In this document: piece by piece, positions 1 through 9,699 of the stretch
Position numbering within the stretch: position 1 is the stretch's first letter
Layout: the number at the start of each line of letters is the position of its first letter
Virus record (IMG/VR): IMGVR_UViG_3300017913_003170
Span: 1 to 56,183 of that record
Strand: one strand, 5' to 3'
Length of the DNA stretch: 56,183 bases
Origin: a virus
Lineage: Duplodnaviria > Caudoviricetes
Translations under genes and position numbers: made by a program
The notes under the pieces: model-generated
Database searches by the model: none
The model's input: only the letters and a program-made list of their open reading frames with translations
Told to the model about the DNA's origin: nothing

Positions 1-1418
1 ACTGGATAAACAGTGTGGCTTGGACCATCTGTGATCACTGTTGCATAACCGCTATCGGAGTCATCGCCTGCTGTATCAGTGATATCAGCAAATAGAACAC
101 CACGTTCTGTGGTTTGGTCTGTGTTGCTGTGCTTGACCCAATCAGTCAATGTGCTGTTGTACACATGAATTACTGGATATGCACGTTCGTTGGCACCTGT
201 TGCACCTGTTGTGTCAACCCAAACATCGCCGTCGCTTGGTGATGTTGGCTCACTGCTTGAATATGTTGCAGTTACAGCTTCCCAACCACTTGTTGTTGCT
301 TTGTATAGGTCTAGACTGTTTACTGTGCTGTCATGCCAGTATGTGCCGTTGGCTGCTGTTGCAGTTGGTGTGTCGTTTTGTGCTAGTTTGCTTGTGTATG
401 CACTTAGATCTTCTGGTGCATCGTCTTCGTCAACTTGCTGGATAGTGATTACAGCTTTTGTGTTCACTTCCAAGTCAAGTAGCAATTGATTTTCGCTTAC
501 ATCGCTAGCTGTTAGTGCAGTTGTGCTTGTACCGTCTTGCTTGCGGAAGTCGCCAATTGCAGTTGATTTACCAGCTGTTAGTGCACTTGTAACACCTACA
601 ACAGTTTGCAAGTTGAACTGGCTGTTGCTGAATGTGTAGATCTTTAGATCAATACCATTTGCAGGTTTTGTTGTTTTGATCCAAATATCGTCATCGCTTG
701 GTGAACTTGGTAGGCTGTAGTGTGGTGCATATGTTACAGTTTCGCCTGAGCTCAATGCTGCGTCACTGTCTAGTACTTCCCATGCACTGCTTACACCATA
801 GAAATATTCAAGTGATAGATCACCATCTTGATCGCCATGTACAACAACTAGGAAGTCGCCGTCAACAACTGTGGCACTTGGTGTATAGTTGTCGCCGCCT
901 GCTTCTGAAGCAGTTGCATCAAGGTTTACTTCTACAGTCGGTTCTACGTTGCTCCATAGTCCTGTGCTGTCGTCGTATTGATGAATACCATATTTGCTGG
1001 CATTTGTATCCAGCCACATGCTTGCCGCTGTGCTGTATGCCGCAGTTGGTTCTGTTGTTGTTGCAGTTAGAGCCGATAGGTCAATATCTGCACGTTGAAT
1101 GTATGCGCTACCGCCTTGTCCTAGGAAGCTGTATGCTGCTAGTAGACCGTATTCGCTTGTTTCTGCACCTGCTGTAGATGCAAAAGAGACATTACCGAAT
1201 TTTTGTGATAGTTCTCTTTGTGAAGTAACCAGTACTGGTACATTGGCTGCCGAAGACTTGGTGCTTGCTGCAATTCCGTCTGATGCTGCACCAGTTGGAT
1301 CTGTTTTATCGTTTGCTGTTGCAAGGATAATTAGAGGTACTGTGCCTGCACCCGGAGAAGCGTATGCGCTTTCGTCTGAGATGGTAACCGATACACCTGG
1401 TGATGTTAGTGTAGCCAT
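1..1418 (-). CDS. gp18: Contractile tail sheath protein, N-terminal part (runs off the window)
   Basis: Not in the ORF track. Hand translation from ATG 1418 gives MATLTSPGVSVTISDESAY...VPVLVTSQRELSQKFG...SEYGLLAAYSFLG...AYIQRADIDL, a typical sheath N-terminus. TAAATA box upstream. Confidence 0.9.
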   Translation of the reverse strand, partial: MATLTSPGVSVTISDESAYASPGAGTVPLIILATANDKTDPTGAASDGIAASTKSSAANVPVLVTSQRELSQKFGNVSFASTAGAETSEYGLLAAYSFLGQGGSAYIQRADIDLSALTATTTEPTAAYSTAASMWLDTNASKYGIHQYDDSTGLWSNVEPTVEVNLDATASEAGGDNYTPSATVVDGDFLVVVHGDQDGDLSLEYFYGVSSAWEVLDSDAALSSGETVTYAPHYSLPSSPSDDDIWIKTTKPANGIDLKIYTFSNSQFNLQTVVGVTSALTAGKSTAIGDFRKQDGTSTTALTASDVSENQLLLDLEVNTKAVITIQQVDEDDAPEDLSAYTSKLAQNDTPTATAANGTYWHDSTVNSLDLYKATTSGWEAVTATYSSSEPTSPSDGDVWVDTTGATGANERAYPVIHVYNSTLTDWVKHSNTDQTTERGVLFADITDTAGDDSDSGYATVITDGPSHTVYP

Positions 1419-1454
1419 TTTATTCCCTTTCTCTAGTTAGGTATCTTCTAAATG

Positions 1455-1460
1455 TATTTA
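1455..1460 (-). promoter_or_regulatory. T4-type late promoter (TAAATA) for tail sheath
   Basis: CATAAATACA about 37 nt upstream of the sheath ATG; the same box recurs before many structural genes. Confidence 0.7.
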
Positions 1461-1512
1461 TGGGAGAAAGGGCTAAAACCGCCTAATTTGCAGTTATGTG
1501 GGTATATAATGA

Positions 1513-2250
1513 TTAGCCAATAATGATGCCAAAACCTGCTGAACCTTCTGCATAGGTTTTTAGATCTTGTTCTAGTTTTTCCAATGCAGTCTGTGCATCA
1601 ACTCTCAATGCATCACTATTCAATGTAGTGCCGCCCTGTGGTCCGGCAATCTGTGTAAATTTGCCACGTGCCTCTGCTAGAATTAGTTTGGCTTGTTGCA
1701 GTGCATATTCTTTTAGCCATGGTCCTGCATACACATCTTCTAGTAGTGCATCTTGTCCTACTTCTTTGTAAACATGCAGTACCACACTGTTGTTGGCTTT
1801 GACTTTTCTGTGCAGTGTAAGTTTTTTGTTACGTTCGTTCCAAGTAAAAAGTATTTCAGAACCAAACAATCTGCCCAGTGTTTCTCTGTGCTGTTGTAGG
1901 AAATCAAATGTTGCTAGTCCACCTGCTCTACCACCTGCTAACAAATAGGTGTTCAAGTATGCTGCTTCAAATGGTTCAATATCGTTTCCTGTGCTTTGAT
2001 TGGTACCACTGGTCCTTTGATAGATATCACGCACTTCGATGATATCCTTGGGCAGTATATACTCGCTTACTTCTTCTACAATGTCTAAAAACACAAATGC
2101 TTCTTCAACACTGTTTTCTGCACGTTGGCGATACTTTTCCAATGCCTTGCGAACACAAAGATCGTAGTGCTCAGGATCAAGCTCTACGTCTACCATTTGT
2201 CCGCCGAGGCGAAGTTCTATTTCTTTGATTAGGTCATTTGTAGCTGTCAT
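1513..2250 (-). CDS. gp13: Neck protein / head-tail adaptor, gp13-like
   Basis: LRLGGQMVDVEL..EH N-terminus and WLKEYALQQAKLILAEARGKF...GPQGGTTLN C-terminus match T4-like neck proteins; context agrees. Confidence 0.85.
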   Translation of the reverse strand: MTATNDLIKEIELRLGGQMVDVELDPEHYDLCVRKALEKYRQRAENSVEEAFVFLDIVEEVSEYILPKDIIEVRDIYQRTSGTNQSTGNDIEPFEAAYLNTYLLAGGRAGGLATFDFLQQHRETLGRLFGSEILFTWNERNKKLTLHRKVKANNSVVLHVYKEVGQDALLEDVYAGPWLKEYALQQAKLILAEARGKFTQIAGPQGGTTLNSDALRVDAQTALEKLEQDLKTYAEGSAGFGIIIG

Positions 2251-2258
2251 GCTATTAT

Positions 2259-3428
2259 TTATTTGAAAACTCTCAGTATGACGGTCTCGTCATTGAAACG
2301 TCCGTTCATCTTTGTGTCTGTGGTTTTGAGATTTTCGTACAGTTTCATGCAGCGTGTTTTAGGTGCTTTTTTGTACTCAGGAAGTACTTCAAGTGGCTTG
2401 CGCACTGTTTTCTGTGTACTGCGTTTTTCATCAAAGAACTGTAGTGTTGTGCCTTTTACACTGAACTGTGTATGATCCTCAGGATAGTATATGCCCAGTT
2501 TTCTAGTTTTACAGTTGAACACCACCAGCATGTTTGCACCAACAATTTCTTCTGGCTTCACACTGGCAATACCAAAATCTGGATCACTGATTTTGTACTT
2601 CATCTTTTTGGTTAGTTCAGCTGCACTTTTCTTTTTGGGCTTGCGCACAATACGATTGTGTTTGTTCTCTGCTTGCAAAATGTCAAATGCTTGAAACAAA
2701 CGCTGATAGAACATCTGCAGATCTTTTAGCTGTGCTTTTGTGTATTTGCTGTATCCTTCTGCTAGCTGCTTTTGCATTTCATTACGCTTGCTGGCAGTGG
2801 GCAGTGTCATGAGCTCGTCAATTTCATCTTGCGGACCTGCATACCATTTTTTGTAAAAACGCACATGTCCCAAGTTGACACCTTGTTTTTTCAGCTCACC
2901 AAGTATGTTGTGTCCTTTTAGCGGATTCTTTTTTGGGTCACGAATGAAGTCGTCTAGCCATCCTTCAATGTTTTCATACTTGATTTCTGCTGCTTCTTCT
3001 AGTCGTTCCTGAATAGTAGGCACATAGCGTTTGTTTTTGGCTTTCTCTTCGGCTTTCTTTTCTTCTACAATCTTTGCGCCTTCTTCTGCCAAACTTTTGA
3101 TCCATGCATCAAGTCTTCCTACATAACTTTTATGAATCAGATCAGGTCGTTGTTCTTCAAAAACAGCCGCAGTTGCATAGTGGCTCTTCCCACCAACCTT
3201 CCAAGCCGGTAGCTTATTGATAGCCGCAACAGTTTTCTTATCATAGTGTTTTTTGATATATTCACGTACTTTGGTTTCCCATGATTTGCTTTCGATCATG
3301 TAATGAATATGATACTGTGCTGCATGCCAGCCCTTGTCAACCGGAACCATATCCCACTCACTACCACGTCTTTGTCTACGAGGTGCCTTGCGTTTTGTTA
3401 CTTTTGCTGCTTTTGCTGCACGAGCCAT
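2259..3428 (-). CDS. Hypothetical basic protein (K/R-rich N-terminus)
   Basis: Long ORF; likely start MARAAK at 3428 after a GGAG RBS; preceded by a sigma70 promoter. Confidence 0.75.
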   Translation of the reverse strand: MARAAKAAKVTKRKAPRRQRRGSEWDMVPVDKGWHAAQYHIHYMIESKSWETKVREYIKKHYDKKTVAAINKLPAWKVGGKSHYATAAVFEEQRPDLIHKSYVGRLDAWIKSLAEEGAKIVEEKKAEEKAKNKRYVPTIQERLEEAAEIKYENIEGWLDDFIRDPKKNPLKGHNILGELKKQGVNLGHVRFYKKWYAGPQDEIDELMTLPTASKRNEMQKQLAEGYSKYTKAQLKDLQMFYQRLFQAFDILQAENKHNRIVRKPKKKSAAELTKKMKYKISDPDFGIASVKPEEIVGANMLVVFNCKTRKLGIYYPEDHTQFSVKGTTLQFFDEKRSTQKTVRKPLEVLPEYKKAPKTRCMKLYENLKTTDTKMNGRFNDETVILRVFK

Positions 3429-3455
3429 AGGTATCTCCATTCATTTTACTGTGTA

Positions 3456-3484
3456 AGTATATAGCAGTATTGAATAGTTGTCAA
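3456..3484 (-). promoter_or_regulatory. sigma70-type promoter TTGACA-N17-TATACT
   Basis: Perfect -35, 17 bp spacer, 5/6 match at -10; lies upstream of 2259..3428. Confidence 0.8.
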
Positions 3485-3489
3485 TCAAA

Positions 3490-3495
3490 TAAATA
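3490..3495 (+). promoter_or_regulatory. Late promoter TAAATA for the 3517-7276 operon
   Basis: AATAAATACT followed by an AGGAG RBS and ATG 3517. Confidence 0.7.
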
Positions 3496-3516
3496 CTAGT
3501 AACCAGGAGACTTACC

Positions 3517-4143
3517 ATGAAAATAGGTGCAATAGTATGGAACATGGACGACTTCAGTGAAGCGCACATTGATAAATGGATAGCTCAAATGAGCATGAGC
3601 TTGGATAGATTGAACATTGGCATTGAAGATACCAAGTATTTGCTACCCAATTCTAATCAACGAGATCCACGCGATCACATCGATTGGTTCAAAGAAAACA
3701 ACTATGATTGGGTACTGTTGCTCACTGATGTTTTTTATGTGTTTGAAAACCAAAATTTAGACATGCTGTTACAAAGCCAGCAATCAAAAGTCACATACAT
3801 TGCTGAAGGTAACTATAGTACGGACATTGATGATTACAGCATGGCGCCTATTATAATAAATCTTCATGCAGAGTATACCAAAGAATTTTTTATCTTTAGC
3901 CGGCCATTGAGCAATATCGACGAAGGAAAAATCAAATCATTTGAGTTCAGTTCATATGGATTGAGTCATTTCAGCGGACAAATGCTAGAACACGATGATG
4001 TAATACAAGACTACATGGCCAACGACGAACACGAAACACTGTTAGACGCTGCATTTGCTGCTGGCAAAATTGATTGGTACTATGACAATGTTGTAGTAGA
4101 CGAAGACGTAATGCAGTTGATCAGAGAGGATTATAATGCCTAG
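3517..4143 (+). CDS. Hypothetical acidic protein
   Basis: 208 aa ORF with AGGAG RBS; overlaps the next gene; no recognisable motif. Confidence 0.7.
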   Translation: MKIGAIVWNMDDFSEAHIDKWIAQMSMSLDRLNIGIEDTKYLLPNSNQRDPRDHIDWFKENNYDWVLLLTDVFYVFENQNLDMLLQSQQSKVTYIAEGNYSTDIDDYSMAPIIINLHAEYTKEFFIFSRPLSNIDEGKIKSFEFSSYGLSHFSGQMLEHDDVIQDYMANDEHETLLDAAFAAGKIDWYYDNVVVDEDVMQLIREDYNA

Positions 4144-5212
4144 ACTGAGTTTATACAAGTCTCAGAAAACCAGTGATTACTATTTCATGGATAGAACTAT
4201 CCGTGAACAGTTTGATATTGGCGGAGTAGGTGTTATAGTACACAAGTACCTAGGCCCCGATGCAGATGCTGTGGTCAACAGCACTGACGACAAAAGCCAG
4301 CCTAACTACTTGGACAGTAGTATGACTGACGCAAACGACATTGAAACAAATTTAGAAGCATCATTGAATGAACTGGATGTACAAGACGTATTGTTTCTAG
4401 AAAATAGAGACAGAATGTATGATCCAGACATTTACGAACTTCGTGGAGTGTACAATGTAGCAGATACTGATTTTGATTTGTCGCAATTTGGGTTGTTTCT
4501 AACAAACGACACACTGTTTATGACATTCCATCAAAACGATATGATCACTAGAATGGGCAGACGTCTTATGGCAGGTGATGTTATTGAAATGCCGCACCTG
4601 CTAGATGAGCTTGCACTGGATCAAAGCAAAAAACCAATACCCAAATTTTACACTGTAACTGATGCAAGCAGAGGCAGCGAAGGATTCAGTCAAACTTGGT
4701 ACCCGCACATTTGGCGTGTAAAATTATCACCGCTAAACGATTCACAAGAATACACCAATTTGTTGGGCAGCAACGATGATCAAGACAGCCTTGCAAGTCT
4801 TGTCAGTACATACAATCAAGAACTTGATTACAACGAAAAAATTATTGCACAAGCAGAAGAAAACTACAAAGGCGAAAAAGACGACGACCATTTGTACACA
4901 GGTGCTGCACCTGCTAGCAATGCATATAACCACGGCGAAACAATACCAACTGGTTTGAGTTTCCCAGCTGATCCAAATGAAGGCGACTACTTCATACGCA
5001 CAGACTTTGATCCAAACAGATTGTTTGTACGCAGAGGATCTAAATGGGTTAGACTATATGACAACATTACAACAAGAACTTGGGATGATAGTGTATACAG
5101 CACTGTAGAAGACTTTGTAAATCAAATGGGCAAAGACAGTGTTCACAACGACGAGTTTGATGTACGAACTCCACTATCTCAAGCATTACCACCAAAGGAT
5201 GAAAACTCATAA
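4136..5212 (+). CDS. gp14: Neck/head-closure protein, gp14-like, with C-terminal extension
   Basis: MPRLSLY..., QDVLFLENRDRMYD, FDLSQFGLFL..D...F.......GR.LMAGDVIEMPH fit the gp14-like pattern; lies just upstream of gp15. Confidence 0.75.
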   Translation: MPRLSLYKSQKTSDYYFMDRTIREQFDIGGVGVIVHKYLGPDADAVVNSTDDKSQPNYLDSSMTDANDIETNLEASLNELDVQDVLFLENRDRMYDPDIYELRGVYNVADTDFDLSQFGLFLTNDTLFMTFHQNDMITRMGRRLMAGDVIEMPHLLDELALDQSKKPIPKFYTVTDASRGSEGFSQTWYPHIWRVKLSPLNDSQEYTNLLGSNDDQDSLASLVSTYNQELDYNEKIIAQAEENYKGEKDDDHLYTGAAPASNAYNHGETIPTGLSFPADPNEGDYFIRTDFDPNRLFVRRGSKWVRLYDNITTRTWDDSVYSTVEDFVNQMGKDSVHNDEFDVRTPLSQALPPKDENS

Positions 5213-5484
5213 TGATTCAATTCATAATTTTTGGCATTGTAGACAATGCTATCATGATACTAGGCGCAATGACTGGGCTCAGTGTTGAAAAGTATCTACC
5301 AGCTAGATTTCAAAAAGGACTTGCTGCTGTTGTAGGCGCAGGCATTGGCAATGCTGTTAGTGATTTTCTAGGAGGTGCTAGCACAGCCAGCTGGGAACTT
5401 GCGTTTGGTACAGCATTTGGTTGTATCATTGGTTTGATTTTCATTCCTATTTTCAAACGCATTGCTGACTGGAGCGCCAAATGA
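5212..5484 (+). CDS. Small membrane protein, TMEM65-like
   Basis: Three hydrophobic segments carrying FGIVDNAIMI, GIGNAVSDFLGG and GTAFGCIIG, resembling TMEM65 motifs as I recall them; translationally coupled at both ends. Confidence 0.7.
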   Translation: MIQFIIFGIVDNAIMILGAMTGLSVEKYLPARFQKGLAAVVGAGIGNAVSDFLGGASTASWELAFGTAFGCIIGLIFIPIFKRIADWSAK

Positions 5485-6833
5485 ACTATTTCTATGACAA
5501 ACAAATAAGAAGATATCTTTTACAGTTTGTCAGACTGTTCAGCAACTTCAGTGTGCAAATTGGCACTGGACCCGCAGGGGATCCAATTTACAGAACAGTA
5601 CCAGTGAAATACGGAGATCCGTCACGCATGGCTGCTGCTATTATGCGTGAAAACTCAGAAAACAAAATGCTCAGTGTTCCGATGATGAGTGTGTATATCA
5701 CAGGATTGCGCATGGCACCAGAACGCAGAATGAGTCCTACGTATACAGAAACTCGTGCTGTTTATGAAAAGAACTTCAATGAAAGCACCGGTGAATACAC
5801 AAACGAACCAGGCAATGCATACAGTATTACCAGGCATATTCCTGTGCCTTACAACTTGGATATCAATGTAGATATATGGACCAGCAACACTGATCAAAAA
5901 CTACAACTGTTTGAACAACTGTTGGTATTGTTCAATCCAACTGTGGATTTGAATACCAGTAACAATCCGTTTGATTGGACTGCGCTTACCTACAACGAAC
6001 TTACAAACATCAACTTCAGCAGTAGAAGTCAGCCGGTGGGTACAGAAGATATCATTGATATTGGTACGCTAACATTTAGTACACAAATCAATCTAACACC
6101 GCCGGCCAAGTTCAACAGAAACAAAATCATTCACACAATTATCAACAAGCTGTACACAGTAAGCGAAGACCAAGTGGACGACTTTGCAGCTGGCAACAGT
6201 TTTTCATACGATGACTTGAGTTATGTTGTAGTAACACCAAGCCAATATTATATTGAAGTTACAGGAAACGAAGTACAACTGCTCAACAGAAGCTTTGGTA
6301 CTACAGATGAAAATGGTGTAACATTGGATTGGGAAAAGGTATTGATACCATATGGCGAGTTGAATCCAGGATACAGTCAACTTAGATTGCGTCTTGCAGG
6401 CACACCTGATGACAACGATGATGATGTAATTGGTACAGTTGATTTTCACAGTTCAGACAGTACCAAACTGGTACTCACACTGGATGACGATACTTTGCCT
6501 GCTGCTACACTAACCGCAGTAGATGATGTTGTAAACCCACAAACCAGTTATCCAGGGGACGGTACACTGCCTGCCGCAGACAGCGGACAAAGATACATTG
6601 TAACTTCAGCAGTGCCCAGTGGTGCAAATTGGGGTACTATCAGTGCGGACGCAGGCGATATCATTGCATACGATGGAACAGACTGGACAGTGAGCTTTGA
6701 TGCTAGTGCTGCTAGCGGAGATCCATATGTAACAGACAGCGACACAGACACACTGTTGTACTGGGACGGCAGCGATTGGGTAAACGCATATCAGCAGCGT
6801 TACAAACCAGGATTTTGGAGATTGTTTATTTGA
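5481..6833 (+). CDS. gp15: Tail sheath stabiliser/terminator, gp15-like, with C-terminal DUF2793-like extension
   Basis: YFYDKQIRRYLLQFVRLFS, VPVKYG, PVPYNL...IWTSNTDQKLQLFEQLLVLFNP are gp15 hallmarks; C-terminal GQRYIV...GDIIAYDGTDW module. Confidence 0.85.
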   Translation: MNYFYDKQIRRYLLQFVRLFSNFSVQIGTGPAGDPIYRTVPVKYGDPSRMAAAIMRENSENKMLSVPMMSVYITGLRMAPERRMSPTYTETRAVYEKNFNESTGEYTNEPGNAYSITRHIPVPYNLDINVDIWTSNTDQKLQLFEQLLVLFNPTVDLNTSNNPFDWTALTYNELTNINFSSRSQPVGTEDIIDIGTLTFSTQINLTPPAKFNRNKIIHTIINKLYTVSEDQVDDFAAGNSFSYDDLSYVVVTPSQYYIEVTGNEVQLLNRSFGTTDENGVTLDWEKVLIPYGELNPGYSQLRLRLAGTPDDNDDDVIGTVDFHSSDSTKLVLTLDDDTLPAATLTAVDDVVNPQTSYPGDGTLPAADSGQRYIVTSAVPSGANWGTISADAGDIIAYDGTDWTVSFDASAASGDPYVTDSDTDTLLYWDGSDWVNAYQQRYKPGFWRLFI

Positions 6834-7276
6834 TAACAGCCAGCGGATGTCTTTTCTTAGCACTTGACACTGGGCGCATTTGTTTACAGCAAAGAAGTAG
6901 CAATACTAGCCATCCTCGTACTTGGGCGTTTTGGGGAGGCAAGGCAGAAAAAGACGAGCGCCCTATTGAAACTCTGCTTAGAGAACTAGAAGAAGAAATT
7001 GGTATGATACCGGAGATGCAAAAAGTATATCCGCTGCACACGTTTGACAGTAAACGTGGCGAGTTTGAATATCATACATTTGTTGTAACTGTGTACGAAG
7101 AATTTATTCCTATACTGAACAACGAAAGCGATGGATACTGTTGGGTAAAAATAGGCAACTGGCCAAGACCGTTGCATCCAGGAAGTAAAAATATACTCTA
7201 CGAAAAACGTATAGCCAAAAAAATTGGAACCATATACAAGAAACATAGTTCAGGTACAGGTTCCAATTTAGATTAG
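6830..7276 (+). CDS. NUDIX hydrolase
   Basis: Nudix box GGKAEKDERPIETLLRELEEEIG. Probable TTG start at 6830 overlapping the gp15 stop, with GGAG upstream (ORF track starts at 6776). Confidence 0.9.
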   Translation: MITASGCLFLALDTGRICLQQRSSNTSHPRTWAFWGGKAEKDERPIETLLRELEEEIGMIPEMQKVYPLHTFDSKRGEFEYHTFVVTVYEEFIPILNNESDGYCWVKIGNWPRPLHPGSKNILYEKRIAKKIGTIYKKHSSGTGSNLD

Positions 7277-7281
7277 GCGTG

Positions 7282-8442
7282 TTATACAGTTAGCTTTTTC
7301 TTCATTGACTGCAAGAATTGCTCCTTGAGCCAATCAAAGTCATTGATTTTTGCCAACTGCTCTGGACTCTTGGCAAAACGTTCGCCATATGCTGCACCGT
7401 CTTTTGCACCACGCAGTGCATAGCGTCCAAAACGAGCACCATTGTCAACTGTAGTCCATTTGTCCAACCGTTCTTGATTTTCTTGCACTCTACTGTTACT
7501 AATAATGTTACTAGACAGTTTAGCACATTCACGGAACGCTGCACGCCAAGTACGATATGGATCTTTGTTGAAGGCTGTGATATTGCTGACTTGATCAATT
7601 GGTTGAAAAAATGCAACATTGGTACTAAAATCTGGCATTTTATTACCCATGTCCATCAACTGTTTTCTTGGAAACAGTTTGATTGCACCATAACCATACT
7701 CTAATCCATTTACAGGATTTCGAGCTCGCCAACAATAAGTTGTATTATTCCGCTTGCTTTTAGGAGGCACAAAATCAAATCGGAAATGATCTAGTACAAC
7801 TGCATCAGCATCGACGATCCACACCATTTCGCTTGAGCTGGTAGTTCCAGCTTCTTTGTATGCATTTTCGATACCTTTGATATTACGAATATGACGAACT
7901 TCAGGAAACCGTTCGCTAAGACGCTGAAAGTTTCTGTCTGCTTCGCTTTCGTGATAGCTGATAAAGCAAATATCAAATTCTGTATCTACGTATCCTGCAA
8001 TAATACGACTTTTGATTGTTCCCTTAGGAGTGTTTCTAGTTGGTACAAGACGTACAATATCCCATCCCAACGGTCGTTTACTGCGATGACTTACACGTGG
8101 AAATTCATACACGTAGTCAGTATCTGGTCCAGCTGGTCTCCAATGCCATGGAAAGTCATCTGCAACCACATATTTTTCATTGACAACCCAAATATGACTG
8201 AACTCGTCGGCATATTCGGCAGCCAGTGCATGCACCAGTTCCATGTCGTCAATGTCATCCAAGTATAGTCTTGGAAACTCTTGCACAATCTTTAGAACAC
8301 GTGCCCAAGGACTAACTTGAACTTCGCCTTGGATTCGATCAACATATGCAGGATCAAACTGTGAGTTCCATGTAGAATCCCACATACCTATTTCTGTATC
8401 AGTGCCAAAGCTGTAGTTTAGTCCATGTGGTGTAATGTTCAT
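7282..8442 (-). CDS. Glycosyltransferase-like protein (GT-A fold, two related domains)
   Basis: FDICFISYHE...WIVDADA DxD motif; degenerate N-terminal copy (IWVVNE...DDFPWHWRP). Confidence 0.6.
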   Translation of the reverse strand: MNITPHGLNYSFGTDTEIGMWDSTWNSQFDPAYVDRIQGEVQVSPWARVLKIVQEFPRLYLDDIDDMELVHALAAEYADEFSHIWVVNEKYVVADDFPWHWRPAGPDTDYVYEFPRVSHRSKRPLGWDIVRLVPTRNTPKGTIKSRIIAGYVDTEFDICFISYHESEADRNFQRLSERFPEVRHIRNIKGIENAYKEAGTTSSSEMVWIVDADAVVLDHFRFDFVPPKSKRNNTTYCWRARNPVNGLEYGYGAIKLFPRKQLMDMGNKMPDFSTNVAFFQPIDQVSNITAFNKDPYRTWRAAFRECAKLSSNIISNSRVQENQERLDKWTTVDNGARFGRYALRGAKDGAAYGERFAKSPEQLAKINDFDWLKEQFLQSMKKKLTV

Positions 8443-9095
8443 TCTTCAATATCCTCAAGTGTAAATGCTTTGTTGCCAACATGAGCAACTTTTTCAGCAA
8501 GTTCAAAGTCAGCATAGATGTCAAATTCTGCATTTGCTGCTTTTTCAAAGAAGTAGATGTCTTCACCCATAACACTTTCTGATCCTGGATCCCATTTCAA
8601 TCCAAAATAAGGACTATCCATAGATTCAAACACACTTCGGTGTATAAGAACACAACCAAATCCCAAGGCAGCTACCTTTTCCAATTTGTTTCGTGTTGTG
8701 GGTTTGTTCAATCTAGCATTGTAATCAAATCTACTTGTAAATGCTGTACTGCGAATTGGTCGTGTACGTGTAGCATACGGTACACCAACAATCTTACATT
8801 TGCGGTTCAACATATTATCCAGTAGATCGCTTGGAAAATGCATGTCGCTGTCAAGCCAAAGAATATAATCTGCACGTGTGTTGTTCAAAATTTCACTTGC
8901 AAGATCTTGTCTTTGCGATACAATATTGCTACCATGATTCATGTGCAATGAAATAGGTTTACGATCTTGTCCGCATTTGTGCATTAGATTTGCTAGGCTA
9001 CGTGTAAACAACATGCTGGTTGTATCACGCACAGGCACAGCAATTGCTACTCGTGCACCATCGTTGTTTGCATAAGTCGAAGGAATACTTACCAT
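8439..9095 (-). CDS. GT2/GT-A-like glycosyltransferase
   Basis: VAIAVP, ADYILWLDSDM (DxD), GFGCVLI, GEDIYFF, HVG motifs. Confidence 0.75.
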   Translation of the reverse strand: MVSIPSTYANNDGARVAIAVPVRDTTSMLFTRSLANLMHKCGQDRKPISLHMNHGSNIVSQRQDLASEILNNTRADYILWLDSDMHFPSDLLDNMLNRKCKIVGVPYATRTRPIRSTAFTSRFDYNARLNKPTTRNKLEKVAALGFGCVLIHRSVFESMDSPYFGLKWDPGSESVMGEDIYFFEKAANAEFDIYADFELAEKVAHVGNKAFTLEDIEE

Positions 9096-9104
9096 TGATT
9101 CCTC

Positions 9105-9602
9105 CTACATAAGCTCTTGCGGTACCATGTCCTGCGATAGCTGACGCTCTGCTTGAACAACACCATCGTTTAGAATCTTAGCAAGTTGTGTGGTTGTTTT
9201 CACACAGTTTGCAAACGCTACATCATTTAGTGCAGCAATGCGATTCATATGATCTGGTTGAATTTTACCAATTGTGAGCATGTCAATTGCTGCTAGACGT
9301 GCTAGACGATCTACCCAGTACTGCTCTTCATATGTTTCAATGTTATCAAGCAGTGCTTTGACATCATGTTTGTCGTTCATGTTGACAAGAATGTCGTATA
9401 GAATGTTCAGTTCAGCTTTTAGTCCGGCAGCAGTGTGTTCGTCAGCATCACCAGATGCCAGTGCATGTTCTACACAGCGGATTTCTTTTACAAGCAATTG
9501 TGCTTGTCGTGCAGGATGCGGATGCTCTCCTAGCACAAAGTTTTCAAGTTCGTATCGTGTTCTGTGAATCACAACACCTTCAATGATATTACTATCGGCC
9601 AT
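9105..9602 (-). CDS. Hypothetical helical protein
   Basis: Likely start MADSN at 9602 with GGAGG RBS, downstream of a sigma70 promoter. Confidence 0.7.
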   Translation of the reverse strand: MADSNIIEGVVIHRTRYELENFVLGEHPHPARQAQLLVKEIRCVEHALASGDADEHTAAGLKAELNILYDILVNMNDKHDVKALLDNIETYEEQYWVDRLARLAAIDMLTIGKIQPDHMNRIAALNDVAFANCVKTTTQLAKILNDGVVQAERQLSQDMVPQELM

Positions 9603-9639
9603 TGTTTTACCTCCATAAGTTTTACAATGTATAAATTTT

Positions 9640-9668
9640 ATATTACTATATATTTGCGGATTTGTCAA
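9640..9668 (-). promoter_or_regulatory. sigma70-type promoter TTGACA-N17-TAATAT for the glycosyltransferase operon
   Basis: Perfect -35, 17 bp spacer, TAnnnT -10. Confidence 0.65.
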
Positions 9669-9692
9669 GCAAGAAATATCATCTTGCTTGAC
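9664..9692. repeat. Perfect 11-bp inverted repeat GTCAAGCAAGA-N7-TCTTGCTTGAC
   Basis: Seen directly; overlaps the -35 box and follows the stop of 9700..9930; no U-tract. Confidence 0.8.
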
Positions 9693-9699
9693 CTATTGA

